A stretch of DNA of 64,000 nucleotides from Lingula anatina (Eukaryota > Animalia > Brachiopoda). The notes under the pieces are model-generated. The model searched no databases. It saw only the letters and a program-made list of their open reading frames with translations, and had not been told where the DNA came from. Where the stretch lies: assembly GCA_051362555.1 (NCBI GenBank), contig CM120641.1:2790001-2854000 (forward strand), written 5' to 3'. Of the stretch, positions 1-11,424 are shown one piece after another; the first letter of the stretch is position 1, and each line of letters starts with the position of its first letter. The position numbers were made by a program, and so were the translations under genes.

Positions 1-174
1 GGTAATACTTCTGAGTGTTTTTTTTTCTTTTAGCAAACTCAAGTCCACAGCATTATGAAAAAAATTATTCTTAATTACCAGTTTATGAACAGTTTGGTAA
101 AGAGCAGTTTCATTCAGTTTTTTGTCGTTATCTTATTTCAAGTTTCTCATCGGTGATTCTTCTCCTATATACAG

Positions 175-3100
175 ATTACGAAAGTACTTGGCCCTTTTCC
201 ACGAGATCTGTGTCAGAGAGGGAAGTATTTCCAGGAATTAAAGTATTTGACAGAACCAGGACAGCAGAAGGAAGGTAAGGATAAGATTGTTAACTGTCTC
301 CATCCTCAAGTTAGATGTATGTTGTTAGATTTCCAGATACCAGGCTCACACTAAGTAGATATTTCTTGCACCTAAATGCGTGGAAAATTTGAGCTAAAAC
401 AAATCATTTGCTAAAAGAATTGATTCCTTAGTTAAAATCTAAAATAACAGTGCTTGGGAGTTATCAGAGAATGTTTATTGCATTGCACTGGAAATGGTTT
501 TGAACAGAAAGGACTTCAAATTTTGAATGTGGGAAGAATTATTGTAGCATTTGTTGTATTATTGTAATTTTTCAGCATTTTCCATGCAAAAATAGAGAGG
601 GAAAAGTATAAAAACTGTTCAAGGCATATTTCATGTTGAAATTTTGTAAGTCGTTCTCTTAAAAAATATTTTGCATAGATCTTACATAATTTTCTTAAAG
701 ATTATTGGTTTTGTTGCAGCCACCATGAAAATATTGAAGAAGTTGAGACAAAGCTCATCTGCTGTCACGGACTTTTCCTTTGCAAGTTTTTTATCAGGAC
801 TTCTCAGATACAATCCAGGTAAGAAATACTGTACTTGATGGGGAAATCACAATGGAAGTTTGGATGAAAAATAGTGGTATTACTAGAAATGCAACAGTTT
901 TATTGTCATTATTTAGCTTGAAGAGTAAACAGATACTTTACCAGGCAATATTTTGTCTTCTTCCATTCAGAATTCAATTCATCAAACTGACAAAAGAACT
1001 TCTATATTTCTACAGAGATTTCAACATTATAGAGATTTTCTGCCTTGATACATCTTTTAAAAGATTACTGTAGAAAGAAATGCATATTATTGACAATATC
1101 AGCATATAGCATTATTAGAAGACTGAAACGTAACACTCTCTTCTGTTTTCTGTCATAGAACACTTGACAGATTTATAAATGTTTTTCACATCTTTACAAA
1201 AATTCATGAAGTTAATGAGCTAATTAACTTTCATATTTAGGTTAAAAAAGCATTTTTGTCTTGAATAATGCTTCGATTTTTATTTTCAGCTGAGCGATTG
1301 ACACCCTCCCAAGCAGCCAGGCATCCATTTCTGGCATCAGAGCTGGGATTCAGATATCTTCTAGACAATGGTAATTGAAATATTTTTCAGTAATTTAATA
1401 AATCCAAAAATGTAAAATACAAGATAATTTATATGTGATGATGAATTTTCTGTTTAGTTATTGCTTACAGTTCTTGTCATAACAATATAACAATGTATTG
1501 ATCAAGCACATAGTAAGAATACAAACTCTCTCCTCAGTGATAAGAATTCTATATTTTGGACAGGTCACTGATTATCAAGAGAAAACATGTAAAATGCAGA
1601 TTCCTTAGTATTAAGCTAAAAGTTTCTATTAAAATAGAGATTTACTTAAGCAAAAGGAATATTTCAAATCATGCTCTCTCAACATTTTTCCAGAGACCTA
1701 CCCTTCGTGCCATTTGACACGTGAGATGTATGGTGATTATGGACCAGCGATAGCACCGCAAATCTCAAAGCGCTTTCTATCCCCCGTAGCTCTTCTGCAC
1801 AGGGGCACTTCTATTCAGCCCCCAGTGGAATTACCCCAGGGCTGTAATGGTGCCTCACGTCATTCCAAGATGCTGGGACACAGCAGCAGACAAGTAGCAG
1901 AGGTTCTGCCACTGAAGAAGGTCACACCAACCTCAAAACTTAGAGTGAATGAGCATCGAGGCAGTACGAGATGGTTAGATGCTGATGTGGATAATGGTCC
2001 TGCAAATAACAGTGCAAGACAGCTAGGCACAAACTCCCAGAATGCTTCAGTACATATGGCTGTGATGGAGAGTCATAGGGTGGCAGAAAATGGCCATGAT
2101 TTAGCTGATGAGGTGAATGGCCTGTATCGACAGATCCAGGATGAGAATGCATTGTTGGAAGAATATCCCTCCACTTCTGAGGAAAGTGATGATGAACATG
2201 TTCAGAGTGATCATGCCCCAAGAGAGTGGTTTAGGTTCAATGGGACACCACAGAATGAAAGTGAAAGTTCTCAGGACTCATTAGAAGGTCAGAATAACTC
2301 CAGGCATGTAGAAATAAATAACAGCCATGTCAGGCAGGTTCAGGTGCCAGGAACTCAAAACCTCAATGATTTAACATTTAGCATCAATGATGAACATGTT
2401 GAAAATTTAGCCAATAACAATGCTACTGACTCCTCAATGAGCAGAAGACAGGAGAAAGGCTATTTTGTTCACGGTTTGACAGATCAAAGATTTTTTGAAA
2501 AACAAAGTGCGAGAAAGAGAGAGTTTGTTCATCAGACCCCGAGGAATGGGAGGTTTGCCCATGTGTCTGGGGAAGATAGAGATTTTGTGCGGAGTAAAGA
2601 GAGAAGAAGGTCCGCAGATAATGTGACACCAAGAAATGAGAAGGAAGAAGGGGTTATGCTACTTACCCCAGTAAATAAACCAGAATCTGAGGCCACTGGG
2701 CATAAAACACAAGACATCAAGGATAAACCAAATTTATCTGAAAATGACAATCTGCATCACCAGGGACACAAAGGTAAATTAATAGGAAAATGCCCTTTAG
2801 GTAAAAATTATACAGACAATGGTTTGTTCAGAGATAAGGAGCTAAAAGAAACTTCAAGAAGACCGACAACAGTTAATGCTGAAGTACAGACTGCAAACAG
2901 AAAAGAGAATGTGCCACAGGGGAATTTCAGCTGTGATAGAGAGAGTATTGGAGACAAAAAGTACCTTTTCAAAGAACACAAAAATAACACAGAGCCACTG
3001 CCACCTCATATAGGTACAGATGAGGAATTTCCTGGTGATAAAAACAAGGTGCTGAAGGATCGTGTGAAAAGAATCTCATTGGGTTTGAGCAAGACAGATG

Positions 3101-5106
3101 TAGTAAATATCGTAAACCCAGACAAAAATGATGTATTCAGTCAACATGGTACAGGTATTACAAAACGGGCGCAAGTTTTGACAAATGAATACGGCCATGA
3201 TGACTCAGCAAGAAATGGCAAGCATGACTCAGCAGGTTGCAAGAAGAGGAGAGTTAAAGGCACAGCTTTCCATAACTCAGGAAATGGAGATGCCTGTTAT
3301 GTAGCAGAGGGTAAAAAGCGGAAATTTCATCATTATGAGCAAAACTCTACATCAAAGTTAAATGATACTTTCACTGTAGAAGTTAAGGATGACAGGTGCA
3401 AAGTTACAAATTTCAATCATTTTCGTGAAGTCAAAAACAAATTACTCAAGAAGAACATGAAAGAGTTTTCACATTATCCAAGTAAAAATAAGCATGTACC
3501 AAGTAGGTATTTGACAGAAAGTTTGGTTGATGAAAAATCATCTGAAGTTACCAACTTTAGGGAATTAAGTAGTAACAGAACAAGTTCAAGTGAATCGGCA
3601 GCAAATTCCAATAAAATCTTGAACGTGTATGACTTTCATGACGACTCTCCACAAAAAGTGAAAAGACAACTGATAATGCAAGAGTCCAGTCAGACTTCCG
3701 TGTCACCAGACAATACCGCAATTATCAACTTTGCAAGTGAATCTCCACGCCCTAGCAGTCAAAAGAAACCAATTTCCCAAAAGCAGAATAAAAAAAGAAA
3801 ATCTAAGTTTCAGGTTGGGAAGTGTGCACAACCTAAAAGTTGTGACTCTGTCAACAAAGAAGATGAGTTGGCTTCTGGCTCAAGTGGTTTTAAGTTTTTA
3901 CCTGAAAGAAAAGGAAAAAGGATGAACCGAAAGTCTTATTTGCAAGCCAAAAAGAAAATAAAAGAACAGTGTGTGGAAGAACAGTCAACAAGTCAACAAA
4001 TTGACCAACTAGGAAGATTTTCTCAGAAGGGTAAAAGTGGGAAGTCAAGGAAAGGACAGAAGGAAAGTTACCAGGTTGTACAAGTAGTTGAGATGAGTTC
4101 AGATGAAGATACCGTAGGAAGCCCAAGAAACAAAAGTTCAGTGGACCATATTTACCAGGTTAGAATTCCACCTTTTGTTCTCATCAGTAGAATATATATG
4201 TATTAATGAAAAGGGGAGATGTCACCAGATGCATGCTTACTTGGTGCTTTTAAATCATCCATAGCATAAAAGTGTACATCAGAAAATGAGAAAAAATAAA
4301 TTTTAAAAAGTTTGGGATAATCTGTCCAAATTCTATGAATTTCTGTATAAGGATGAGCAGTGAAGGGTACACCCCACAGTTGGCTGTCACCCCCAAATTA
4401 TTTACTTTGTTGCTAATATGTTTATTTCTTTGAAATTTCATTTTCAGGGGCCAGATGATGATAGTCTAGAGTATGGTACTTCTAGTGATGAGGCAGAAGA
4501 AGAGGTAAGAGATGAGGTACAGAAAAACAGATCTAAAAGAAAAGCGTGCTGTGGGAAATGACTTAGTTCTTTTTCAAATTGAGTGGTATACAGTCTGTAC
4601 AGTGGTATTTCAAGTCCTAACACTTAATTTGTCTACAGGGGTTTCTAATCCCTGTGACAAGTTTGCCTCCTGCTGTTTAATCAATTTTAAATTGGTCCTG
4701 TTTAGAGCAGAGGCTCTGTTTAGGGGGCTCTCTTACATAATTGCCAGGCTATTGAGTTGCCAATGTCTCAATTTGAACTGATAAACAGGGATGAGACTTT
4801 TTGGGAAACAAAAATATCATTGGCCTAGGTGGCCCCCTGGACTCGCACAATATTTTCCGACTTTTTCACCAAACTGCAGTACTGCTTGATGTGAAAAGGC
4901 TACTCAGAGAAGGAGCATTGATGAAATTAAAAAGACATGGTCTTCAAATTTAAGTTATCAGATACCTACTGGGTATATGAATACTTTATGAAAATAGATA
5001 ATTCAGTTTTGCATCCATTTACTTGTTTGTTTGTATTTTGGATATAATGTAATGCATTTTGTTTTGGTTGTTTCAGGAGGTTGACATTCTAACAATGGAC
5101 CACTAG
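175..5106 (+). CDS. CMGC-group (DYRK/HIPK/PRP4-like) Ser/Thr protein kinase, 3' part (5' end outside window), with ~850-aa low-complexity C-terminal tail
   Basis: Phase-consistent GT-AG exons 175-274, 720-818, 1290-1370, 1694-4158, 4448-4504, 5077-5106 (TAG). The translation ITKVLGPFPRDLCQRGKYF...DFSFASFLSGLLRYNPAERLTPSQAARHPFL matches kinase subdomains X-XI of CMGC kinases. The 830-aa ORF 1714-4206 is the large internal exon. AATAAA near 5908. The subfamily cannot be fixed without the N-lobe and activation loop. Confidence 0.8.
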
Positions 5107-5960
5107 CCTAAGAAAAGAGCTAGAAAGTGATCTCAATATTGGAAGAACTATGACTTAGAAGATCATAGCATCCAATGTTTTTTTAGTATTTTATAGGGAC
5201 CAAACATACTCCATAAAGTCATTTTGCATGTGAACTGTTTTTAATCTGGATGAAGTAATCTTTCTTTTTTGAGGAAGAAGATTTTATTGTAAAAGAACGT
5301 AGTAATTATTATCTTTTAAATTTTGGCATGTTAAATTTTAAATGTTCATAATTTTCTGTAGTTTCCCTCAGAGATTGAGGGATATGCGATTTTTGATTAA
5401 TAGAAACTGATTACAGTTTACAAGTAGTTAGGAGTTCTTGCTTAGGGATAACAACTCTTCATTTTGGTGGGAAAAGTGCCATAATAAATTTTTTTTTGGT
5501 AAACGATGATTTTCCTTTACTTTCCATTGTTTAATGACTTTGTTCTGACATACAAAGTTGTTTTTTAGAGATTCAGATATTATTATTATTGTTTTTCAGA
5601 GATTATTACTGAGGGTAGCTGGCCATTAAGATCTGTGTGGTCCAGATGGCTAGCACAGATTTCAGAATAATTGTGATTACTGCCATTTACACATTGGTGG
5701 TACAATGGAATTTAATTTTGAAACTCATATGAAGAGGTGTTATCCCCTGGAGTTTTATTGAAATGTTATCATTTTGAAATTTTATCTAACTTTGAAAGTC
5801 TAAACAGTTTATTTACATGTTATGATCAAAACCATTCATTTTAGTCATTCAATGTAGGTGTGAGGACATTCACATTTGCATCAAGAATTTCTTTGAACAA
5901 TTTTAAACAATAAATAGTTTCTTACTGTCTGTGCGTTTTATCACCGTTTCTGAATTTAAC

Positions 5961-6711
5961 TACCCTAGGTTCTAGATTGTCAGCTCGATCTTGATTTCAT
6001 ATATAACCCATATCGCAATACCAGGCTCTAGTGCACAGCGGCCATGTTAGGCTCCCGTCAATCAAACAGAACTGCTCTGCAGTGAAGCTGCAGTTGAATG
6101 TCATCAGACCAAAATAAAACGTAAAATAGATTTAATTCTGCTTTATTTAATTTTATTTGCTGTATTTAAGATATGTAAAGTGAGAAATAAATAATTTGTT
6201 TCTAAAAGAAAAAGGTATATCCAATGTTTTTGTATTTTTGCTTATAAAAGAACATTTAGTCCTGAGATAATAGACACAATACAAGTGCTTGCGGTGTTGT
6301 GCCAAGTTTGACAGCTACACTGGATGCCCGATACCACTATAAGGGCTGCGCAACGGCTACACCAAAATCAATTTTTAAAGCAGAATGTTGCTTGTATTGT
6401 GGCACTGACCTTCGACTGCAAGATATTTTCAATTCAAACTTCTAAATCCGCGTCAGACACTTTGATTCTTGTCTCGCAAGGTGGGAAATGCAGCTCCAGG
6501 CGGCCAAACCAGTGACGTAAGAGACTTATGACTTCCAAATATGGATCCAGGCGGACACAGCTGTGACGAGTGACTTCCAAATATGGAAGCGCCCCAGGCA
6601 AAATTTTGAAGAACGCCCTCAGATTGTTGCTGTGCATCAGAGCTAGTGAAAGTGACTCCAAGGTATATTAAATATTAAACAAACTTTTACGTTGCTCTGA
6701 CACTCAGGGTA
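5961..6711. mobile_element. Putative non-autonomous DNA transposon (Academ-like termini)
   Basis: Begins TACCCTAGGTTCTAGA and ends TCTGACACTCAGGGTA (imperfect TIR, 11/16 match, TACCCT exact). Flanked by an AAC direct repeat (5958-5960, 6712-6714). The interior is more CpG-rich than the flanks and carries the direct repeat TGACTTCCAAATATGGA twice (~6528, ~6571). Confidence 0.5.
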
Positions 6712-7239
6712 AACTTAACCAGCTTGATGTTGAATACCGTAGTCATTACCACTGGCCTGGGCCATTTTGTTTTTCTTTTTTATGCTTTGATTAATTTTAA
6801 TAATTATTCTTTCATCTCAAATAGTTTGGGTCCTAGATTACACAAAAGACTATACAAACAAAGATTGGTTTAAATCAATATTAGATAAATACGTGAAATG
6901 CAGACTTGAAAAACTGATCCCAACTAAAATTTTATCTATAAAATTTATTACACATGACACCATTTGCATGTTATACATATAATTATTAATGCCTAATAAT
7001 GCTGGAACATCATGCTCTAGCTGTTTCTTCACTGAATACCAAAATTGTCAAATAAAACACTTGACACAATCTCTTCACAACATTCCTGTTGCTTCCACTC
7101 TTGAAAAAAAAAACCTGGATTAAAATAGCTGGGATATACAATATCCATGATTGTAACTGTACTTGGTCTATTGCCTGGCAAATGCACATTGTAAAATTGT
7201 CTGTTACTATTCCAAATGTCACTGGTAGTCTAGTTTATG

Positions 7240-10200
7240 TCATCTTTTATCTGGTTTCTCCAGTATGTTCAAAAACTTCCCCCTTGTCATTTCTCGAGCT
7301 AGAAAATATAATGTGAAAATCATTGTAAATAAGTAGAGATAGCAACATATCTAGTAGTTTTTAAAACTGTGGATCATCCAAGCTTGACAAAAATGCAAGC
7401 TTTTGACACTGCTTGAAGTCAATGGGACAAGAAAAACTTGTGTGACATGGGGTCAATTTTTTTTTACAATATAGATATAACTCAGTGCTGGAAATGGCTT
7501 CTTAGAAAGCAATACAAAAGTGACATCCAAAATATGGTGAATTAGTTCTGTGGTGCAACAGACTAATTTGACACAAAAATATCCTTGTGCAAATGATTTT
7601 CAATTGATTTTTGAAACAACTTTATTTGGCTTCACGTGTCTGAGGACTCCAGTAACTGAAATCTCTTTCCTACCTTCATCCAATCCTAACTGGTAGGCAA
7701 GATTCTGTAGTCCACGCACTTTGTCCATCAACTGAGATGTGGTCAGGCTGCCAAACTCTGTAATAAAAACGGGTTGCTTAGATATCAAAATGTACAACCT
7801 TTTGTAGTAGTGAACTGCCCTGTTGACATGGAATATTCTCGCTTTGAATTGCTTGACAAATGGGCACACTGCAGAAACAAAATTGTGCAGATTTCATGGT
7901 GTAGATTGACAGACTTGCTTACCAAAGAGTCTTTACTCTCTTTCACAGTTTATGCATTTCTAAAATTCATAATCAAAATTGCCAAATGGCTGAACTTTTT
8001 AGACTAGAACATGTAGATCATTATTGTTCACCTTGCAACATGTCTATATCATCCTTTTCTAAGTCTGCCATCCATTTTGCTGGAGTATTGGAACCAGATC
8101 CAGGCTGAAAGGTAGTTTGGATCATAGTGATTGCACAGTTCATATATTCATAACTGTTCTTAATTTGAATATAGCTTAAAGACATTGCTTTCCAACACGA
8201 CTCCTAGGCTTCTGAAGTTATCATTTAAATGTAGAACAATTCAGTTTAGTTTTTCATGATTTTTGTTTTACATTCACAAATAACAATTGCAAATGGTAAA
8301 CATTTCATAAACTATATTAAGATTAGACATGTATTTTTAATAAAACAATAAAACTGCTTTAAATGACGAAGGAGAGAGCATCAATCTGTACTTACACTTT
8401 TAACAGCAGCAAATTCCAAGACCCCAGGTACTGGAAATAAAAAATACCCATGAAAATTAGCAATCCTCGCAGTTTTCACAAATAATGTAGATTTAGAAAA
8501 ATTCAAAAATGACTTTATTTTACAATATGTTTACACTTAATATTTAAAACAACATATAATCAAATTAACCCTGAAACATCAATATTCCAGTCAGGGGTTT
8601 TTATTAGTAAATATTATACAACTAACAAATGGTCATTACTTTGCTCTGGCCAGAGGTCAGGAGAAGCTCTGTCAAGTCTCTCAAAACTCAGCAATGACTG
8701 ATCTAGGTCCAGATCGCTGTCTGAAAATACAGAAAAAACACCCAAGATGTGTATGTTATTCACAATAATAACCCACAATAATAATTTACCCTTTCATAGC
8801 TACAATTTACAAACGTCCGTATAGACGAAAAATCGTTGAAATGAACACTGTGATGCACTGAACCTTGCATATGACATAAAAAACTAGAGGATCAGAGAGG
8901 CGATACCGCCTCCGAATATTGTACCACCAGCTGGAGCAAGCGCATTCGTATAGACTCCCACATACACAAAATAAGGGACACAGCCACCAGTTTTGTGCTT
9001 GACAAGCTGTAAAAATGTAATCAACAAGAATTTTTAAACTATTGCAAAAAATATATATGGTACAATCAAATTTAAGTTCTTCGTAAGGTAGGTCAAGGGT
9101 CAATTTCAAGGTCACAGTAAATTGCCAGTATATGACTTCCTATTCAAGTTCAAGAGTAACTATGGACCTATCTCTGTCAAGTTTGAAGTTAAAAGAGAAA
9201 GAAATTAGCAGAGTTCAGTTCATGATAAAAAGTAGGTCAAAGGTCAATTTCAAGGTCACATTTAGATTGCCAGTATATGACTTTCTATTCAAGTTCAATA
9301 GTAACTATGGACCTATCTCTGCCAGTTTTGGAGATAAAAGGGAAGCAAAATTTGCAAAGTTCAGTTTATGGTGAAAAGTAGGACAAAGGTCAATTTTAAT
9401 GTCACATTTATAATGCCAGTATATGACTTCCTATTCAAGTTCAATAGTAACTATGGACCTATCTCTGCCAGTTTTGGAGATAAAAGGGAAGCAAAATTTG
9501 CAAAGTTCAGTTTATGGTGAAAAGTAGAACAAAGGTCAATTTGAATGTCACATTTATAATGCCAGTATATGACTTCCTATTCAAGTTCAATAGTAACTAT
9601 GGACCTCTCTCTGCCAGTTTTGGAGATAAAAGGAAAGCAAAATTTGCAAAATTCAGTTCATGGTGTAAAGTAGGTCAAAGGTCAATTTTAAGGTCACATT
9701 TAGATTGCCAGTATATGACTTCCTATTCAAGTTCAATAGTAACTATGGACCTATCTCTGCCAGTTTTGGAGATAAAAGGGAAGCAAATTTTGCAAAGTTC
9801 AGTTCATGGTGAAAAGTAGGTCAAAGGTCACTTTCAAGGTCATAGTAAGATTGCCAGTATATGACTTCCTATTCAACTTCAATAGTAACTATGGACCTAT
9901 CTCTGCCAGTTTTGGAGATATAAGGGACTGAATGTTATAATTTTGGAGTTACCATAATGTGCCTTAAATTTCGTACAGAAAAAATTAATTAAAATAAAGA
10001 ATATGTCATTTTGGTCAAAATTCTTGAAATAGGAGGTGCTCTGAAGTTTCAGAAGTTCAAATTTGATGAAATAATGTCATTTTTGAACACAAGTTGTCTG
10101 CTTTGCCAAGCCTTATGTTTTATTTTTCCAGAGTTCAAAATTTATTATCCATTACCGTACTGCACATTTTGCTTTTACCACCAATATGTACTTTTTGATA

Positions 10201-11187
10201 CAGCGTAACTCGAAAACCGTATGGAATACAAAAAAACCGAGACCACCTCCAGTGTTGGGCTTTACATGCTCTACAAAATGCAAAAAAGAATGGGTCTCTA
10301 GCATTAACGGTTCCCGAATTAGAGACAGTTTTCAGTTTCGGTATCTTATGGCCGCTACTCCCGTGAAAATGCACCGATTGACCCCAAATTCATGGAGATG
10401 AAAGATGACCTGAAGGGTAACACTTTCCAATAATATTATTGGTTAAGTCTGTGTGGTGTCTGAATAACAGGGCAAAAAAATTTTTTTTCGTAAAAAATTT
10501 CATTTTTTTGAAAATTTTGGCCCATTTGACCTTGAAGTAAAGGTCAAAGGTCAAATCCAAGGGTATATTTGAAATCTACACATATGACTTTTGGAAAGCT
10601 ATCTATAGAAATTTTTCCCATAACTCCTTCCGTAGGGTAGATAATTAGCATTTAATTTTGCCATTTTTAGACAAGGGTGCATTGCAATGAGTGCCACACC
10701 CAGACCCCAATACCGACAAAGCCCAAATTTTACGTGGAACGAGTTGAGATTATAGGTGACCTAAATCCATGAGATGGGTACGGGGGCCCTTACCGTCTAG
10801 GAGGAGAAGCGGTAACGGTAGCCGTCCGGCGGAGCCGGCGGAGCCAACGGAGCCGGCGGAACGATCCGGACGGGACCGAAACCATGTGTACCGCCAGCGC
10901 TAACGCTGGTGGTACAATAAAAGGACCCATAACAGAGTAAGGAATATGTAATCTTCAAAGGCAAAGACATCGCAGTTGCAGTCGAGGAATTTGTAAACAA
11001 ATCTAGTCGTAAACAAAGGCCCCGTTTAAGCAACATGTTGGAATCCAAGGTGTTAAAATGACAATTAACACTGATACTGAAGTATTGGTTATTCTGCAAT
11101 ACTCCAGATAATTCATGCACAAAACAACGTCATACAGTTCTATGCTAAAACAAGAATTTGAAAATTACCCGCACTTGCTGACGCCAT
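7240..11187 (-). CDS. LIN52: LIN-52, DREAM/MuvB core complex subunit
   Basis: Exons 11169-11187, 8640-8720, 8396-8430, 8032-8104, 7674-7757, 7240-7298 give MASASADSDLDLDQSLLSFERLDRASPDLWPEQIPGVLEFAAVKSPGSGSNTPAKWMADLEKDDIDMLQEFGSLTTSQLMDKVRGLQNLAYQLGLDEAREMTRGKFLNILEKPDKR*. This is very close to vertebrate LIN52, including the LxSxExL pocket-protein motif and the RASP phosphosite. Confidence 0.97.
8883..10920 (-). mobile_element. Non-autonomous Helentron/HINE-like element in LIN52 intron 1 carrying a satellite array
   Basis: On the - strand the 5' end has a subterminal IR with hairpin (TGTACCACCAGCG-TTAG-CGCTGGCGGTACA, ~10886-10916) followed by a CCGG/GTCC-type microsatellite. The 3' end has the matching subTIR (ATTGTACCACCAGC at 8918 on +), a GAGGCG-gtat-CGCCTC hairpin and a CTAG terminus next to a T-run. 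TGACCTT-type motifs occur internally. Confidence 0.8.
9085..9926. repeat. Tandem satellite, 146-bp unit, ~5.8 copies
   Basis: The AGTAGGTCAAAGGTCAATTT...GACTTCCTATTCAAGTTCAATAGTAACTATGGACC unit recurs at 9231, 9377, 9523, 9669 and 9815 (146-bp period). Confidence 0.95.
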
Positions 11188-11424
11188 TTATGCGACCCGG
11201 ATTCTCATTGGCGCGCTGTAAATTTGTACGTACTGTATATGTAATAAAATATAATATAGACACATTTCATTAATTTAACATCAAACAAGGTAAAAAATTA
11301 TAGATTTTACCCAAAGTGTATTGATAACTTATTTCTGAAATTTTAATCCACGAAGACGGGGCTTATATGTAATCAACTTTTTACACGCGCTTGAGGGTAC
11401 AAATACGTCAACAGACTGGACAAA
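11188..11424. promoter_or_regulatory. Bidirectional promoter LIN52 / ALDH6A1
   Basis: Only 237 bp separate the divergent ATGs. CpG-rich patches are present. ATTGGCGCGC at 11207-11216 is a reverse CCAAT overlapping an E2F-like GGCGCG site. Confidence 0.7.

Noticed and set aside
9085-9926. Regular repeat array resembling CRISPR, and ORFs 9132-9374 and 9514-9819
   Set aside because: The units are contiguous with no unique spacers, there are no cas genes, and the context is a eukaryotic intron. It is a satellite inside a transposon.
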